Part shown: piece by piece, positions 60,656-64,000 of the stretch | Layout: every line of letters starts with the position of its first letter | How positions within the stretch are numbered: position 1 is the stretch's first letter | Assembly: GCA_022844565.1 (NCBI GenBank) | Contig: JALHLK010000007.1 | Coordinates: 12,050 to 76,049 of the forward strand | Reading direction: 5' to 3' | Length of the DNA stretch: 64,000 nt | From: Saprospiraceae bacterium | GTDB taxonomy: Bacteria; Bacteroidota; Bacteroidia; Chitinophagales; Saprospiraceae | Translations under genes and position numbers: made by a program | Notes under the pieces: generated by a model | Databases searched by the model: none | Told to the model about the DNA's origin: nothing | The model's input: only the letters and a program-made list of their open reading frames with translations

Positions 60656-62620
60656 ATGAGAAATCAAGTATTATTTTTAACAGCACTAATTTTTATAATT
60701 TCATCGGGATGTAAGCCAAGAAATGCTGCTACGGCTGTAAGTGGTGATATGGCTGCAAAGGCTTATGTAGCACCTGGCCAACATGATGAGTTTTATAATT
60801 TTGTTTCTGGCGGCTTTAGTGGTCAAATGAGTGTCTATGGTCTCCCGAGTGGAAGACTTTTTAGAGTTATTCCCATTTTTTCTGTTGATCCTGAGAAGGG
60901 TTATGGATACAGTGAAGAAACAAAACCGATGTTGAATACAAGTCACGGTTTTGTGCCATGGGATGATTTACATCACGTAGAGTCATCTCAAACCAATGGT
61001 GTAATAGATGGTAAATGGGTATTTGGAAATGCTAACAATACTCCCAGAATAGCTAGGGTAGATTTAAAAACATTTAGAACTGCCGAAATCATCGAGTTAC
61101 CAAATAGCGGTGGAAATCACAGTTCCCCATTTGGAACAGAAAACACAGAATACATCGTAGCAGGAACACGTTTTAGTGTACCTTCGGATTATGCTGAAAC
61201 AGATATTCCAATATCTTCTTACAAAGAAAATTTCAAAGGTCACATTAGTTTTGTGAGTGTTGACAAAACTTCAGGTGAAATGGATATTTCTTTCCAAATA
61301 AGAACTCCTGGTGTAAATTTTGACTTGGCAAGGAGCGGACGAGCCAAATCTCACGGATGGTTTTTCTTTAGTTGTTATAACTCAGAGCAAGCCAATACAC
61401 TTTTAGAGGTAAATGCTTCTCAAAAGGATAAAGACTTTATCATGGCCGTAAACTGGAAAAAAGCAGAAGAGTACTTGAAGGCAGGAAAAGGTCAAAAGCA
61501 AAAAGTTAAATATGCTCACAATAGATTCAATGAAGAAACCCATACAGCTGAGTCTACGATTAAAACTGAAGTAACAGTATTAGATGCGAATGAACTGAAA
61601 GATATCTGTTATTTTATACCTTGCCCTAAGTCTCCACATGGATGCGATGTAGATCCGACAGGTGAGTATATTGTAGGTTCGGGTAAACTTGCAGCTGTGA
61701 TTCCTGTTTTTAGCTTTGATAAAATGATAAAAGCTATTGCAGATAAATCATATGAGGGAGATTACCAAGGCATACCCGTTATTAAATATGAATCTGCTTT
61801 GTATGGTGAGGTAAAAAAACCAGGTTTGGGTCCATTACATACAGAATTTGATGGTAAAGGCAATGCATATACTTCATTTTTCGTGTCATCAGAAGTGGTA
61901 AAATGGAATATTAAAGACTTAAAAGTATTGGATAGAGTGCCAACGTATTATTCTGTAGGACACTTATGCATACCAGGTGGAAATACGCGCAACCCATATC
62001 CTAAATATCTAATAGCGTACAATAAAATAACAAAGGATAGGTATTTGCCTACTGGTCCAGAATTGACTCAAAGCGCTCAAATATATGACATTTCAGGAGA
62101 AAAAATGCAGATGATTTTAGATTTTCCTACCATTGGTGAGCCCCACTATGCACAAGCTGCTCCTGCCGAATTAATTAAGAACAATGGACAGGTCAAAATA
62201 TATAAAATTGAAGATAATAAGCATCCTTATGCAACCAAAAGCGAGTCCGAGGCTAGAGTAGTGAGACAAGGTAATAAAGTCCATGTCTACATGACATCCA
62301 TAAGGTCACATTTTGCTCCAGATAACATTGAAGGAATACAAATGGGGGATGAGGTTTACTTCCATGTTACCAATTTAGAGCAAGATTGGGATGTGCCACA
62401 CGGCTTCGCTGTAAAAGGTGCCGCAAATGCTGAACTTTTAATCATGCCAGGTGAGACCACAACATTAAAATGGGAACCAGATAGAACTGGTATTTTTCCG
62501 ATGTATTGTACAGATTTTTGTAGTGCTTTACACCAAGAAATGCAAGGTTATCTGAGAGTTTCTCCAAAAGGAAGTAAAGTTCCTATTCGGTTTAGTCTTG
62601 GTAAAAATGTTGAAAACTAG
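60656..62620 (+). CDS. nosZ: Sec-dependent (clade II) nitrous-oxide reductase
   Basis: DLHH, GGNH, SPHG, GPLHT, SVGH and EPH CuZ motifs; CuA CTDFCSALHQEM; no twin-arginine leader. Confidence 0.97.
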   Translation: MRNQVLFLTALIFIISSGCKPRNAATAVSGDMAAKAYVAPGQHDEFYNFVSGGFSGQMSVYGLPSGRLFRVIPIFSVDPEKGYGYSEETKPMLNTSHGFVPWDDLHHVESSQTNGVIDGKWVFGNANNTPRIARVDLKTFRTAEIIELPNSGGNHSSPFGTENTEYIVAGTRFSVPSDYAETDIPISSYKENFKGHISFVSVDKTSGEMDISFQIRTPGVNFDLARSGRAKSHGWFFFSCYNSEQANTLLEVNASQKDKDFIMAVNWKKAEEYLKAGKGQKQKVKYAHNRFNEETHTAESTIKTEVTVLDANELKDICYFIPCPKSPHGCDVDPTGEYIVGSGKLAAVIPVFSFDKMIKAIADKSYEGDYQGIPVIKYESALYGEVKKPGLGPLHTEFDGKGNAYTSFFVSSEVVKWNIKDLKVLDRVPTYYSVGHLCIPGGNTRNPYPKYLIAYNKITKDRYLPTGPELTQSAQIYDISGEKMQMILDFPTIGEPHYAQAAPAELIKNNGQVKIYKIEDNKHPYATKSESEARVVRQGNKVHVYMTSIRSHFAPDNIEGIQMGDEVYFHVTNLEQDWDVPHGFAVKGAANAELLIMPGETTTLKWEPDRTGIFPMYCTDFCSALHQEMQGYLRVSPKGSKVPIRFSLGKNVEN

Positions 62621-62684
62621 CGCTATAAATCATCAGAGGTTAATAAGACATAATTTCTAAAGTTTTCATGAACATAACTTTCTG

Positions 62685-62717
62685 AAGGGGGATTGATCTT
62701 AAAAAAACAATCCCCTT
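62685..62717 (+). terminator. Stem-loop after nosZ (terminator or mRNA stabiliser)
   Basis: AAGGGGGATTG...CAATCCCCTT. Confidence 0.45.
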
Positions 62718-62758
62718 ATGTTTTAAAATAACTAATATTTTTAAAAAATTTATGACTT

Positions 62759-63787
62759 ATGGATCAAAAATTATCTAACTTACACAGATCGCTCATAGTT
62801 GTTTCAGGTTTAGTTTTATTAATATCCATTTTTGTTCCCATTTGGAGAATTGAATTAGACGCTCCGCAATACCCTGAAGGGTTAAAACTTCAGATCTTTG
62901 CAAATAAAATAGGTGGAGATGTAGATATAATTAATGGGTTAAACCATTACATAGGTATGGATACCCTTCACACAGAAAATTTTATAGAATTTACCCTTTT
63001 ACCTTATATTATTTCAGCTTTTGCGGTGATTTTTATTTTTGTTGGGTTTTTAGGCAGACCAAAATATCTGGTATTTATCATTCTTCTTTTTATCCTTTTT
63101 GGGGTCGTATCGATGATTGATTTTTATAGATGGAACTATAACTATGGGCACAATTTGGATCCCAATGCAGCGATCATAGTACCTGGTATGGCCTATCAAC
63201 CGCCACTTATTGGGTATAAAAAATTATTAAATTTTGGAGCATATTCTGTACCGGACATAGGTGGGTGGCTTATAATACTTTCTGGATTAATGCTGGTATC
63301 AGTGTATGGATCATATAAAAACTGGGCTTCAAAAATATTTAGAAAAAGGGAGCCCAAAATAAAATTAATTGGCCTCTTGTGTTTTGCTGTTTTGCAAAGT
63401 TGTGGAGTGCCAGAAAGTCCAGAGCCTATTTTACTGCATGCTGATATGTGTCATTTTTGTAAAATGAAAATTTCTGATGCAAAGTTTGGAGCAGAAATTA
63501 TAACGGCAAAAGGGCGCATTCAAAAATATGATGATATAGCGTGTGTTTTAGAAGAGATAAAAGAACAACCTGATATTGAAATAGCTTCGTTTTGGGTATC
63601 TGATTATTTAGGTGAAAACGAGTTAGTAAAAGTAACCGATGCATTTTTCTTAATCGCTGAAGATTTTCGCAGCCCGATGAGGGGTGATATCGCTGCTTTT
63701 AAAAGTGAAGTAGAAGTAAATAATTATGCTAAAAAATTTAATACAAAAGTATTGTCTTGGGAAGAGCTTTTAATGATGGAACGATGA
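62759..63787 (+). CDS. nosL: NosB-like membrane domain fused to NosL copper chaperone
   Basis: APQYPEGL, INGLNHYIGM and YGHNLDP (NosB-like), then CHFCKMKI, YDDIAC and SPMRG (NosL). Confidence 0.85.
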   Translation: MDQKLSNLHRSLIVVSGLVLLISIFVPIWRIELDAPQYPEGLKLQIFANKIGGDVDIINGLNHYIGMDTLHTENFIEFTLLPYIISAFAVIFIFVGFLGRPKYLVFIILLFILFGVVSMIDFYRWNYNYGHNLDPNAAIIVPGMAYQPPLIGYKKLLNFGAYSVPDIGGWLIILSGLMLVSVYGSYKNWASKIFRKREPKIKLIGLLCFAVLQSCGVPESPEPILLHADMCHFCKMKISDAKFGAEIITAKGRIQKYDDIACVLEEIKEQPDIEIASFWVSDYLGENELVKVTDAFFLIAEDFRSPMRGDIAAFKSEVEVNNYAKKFNTKVLSWEELLMMER

Positions 63788-64000
63788 GATTTGAAATTGC
63801 TTTTGTAATTTTAATCTTAGTGCCTTTTAAGATTTGGGCTGCAAAATACTATACTGTTGCAAACTCTTCGTCAAGTGATATAATCAATACTTTAAAAAAA
63901 GTAAAGGATTACGATACCATCTATATTAAAAAGGGCCATTATAAAGAAGGAAATATTAAAATTTCCAGACCCCTTACTATTATCGGTTTGAATTATCCAA
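63784..64000 (+). CDS. nosD: NosD maturation protein, 3'-truncated
   Basis: ATG overlaps the previous stop; MRFEIAF...YDTIYIKKGHYKEGNIKISRPLTIIGLNYP; typical position in a nos cluster. Confidence 0.75.
   Translation, partial: MRFEIAFVILILVPFKIWAAKYYTVANSSSSDIINTLKKVKDYDTIYIKKGHYKEGNIKISRPLTIIGLNYP

Overview
AT-rich chromosomal window from a Bacteroidota genome. TAnnTTTG promoters, T9SS C-terminal domains and the gene set suggest a Saprospiraceae-like organism (inference). Most content is housekeeping or envelope: lpdA, holB, ricT, ftsH, rsfS, birA, nadA, rluF, folB, ybeY, an ABC-F, two Hsp20 genes, tRNA-Ser and tRNA-Pro. The right edge holds the start of a clade II nos cluster (cytochrome c, nosZ, NosB-NosL fusion, nosD). 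No transposase, integrase, cas gene or reverse transcriptase is visible. Notable observations: (1) eight short fold-back elements, four of which differ in termini and target duplications yet share a central TAGC-N3/4-GCTA hairpin, one splitting an FKBP gene and one inserted in a promoter; (2) a membrane-anchored winged-helix regulator divergent from secreted beta-propeller genes, with a duplicated TTTAC-box promoter and a chimeric first gene; (3) a 2388-aa T9SS protein whose AT-rich head joins a compositionally distinct stalk-dockerin-cohesin-CTD tail; (4) a 375-bp duplicated nadA 3' end with clustered synonymous differences; (5) an orphan gene bracketed by long hairpin direct repeats. All family assignments are from motif recognition by eye; no searches were run.
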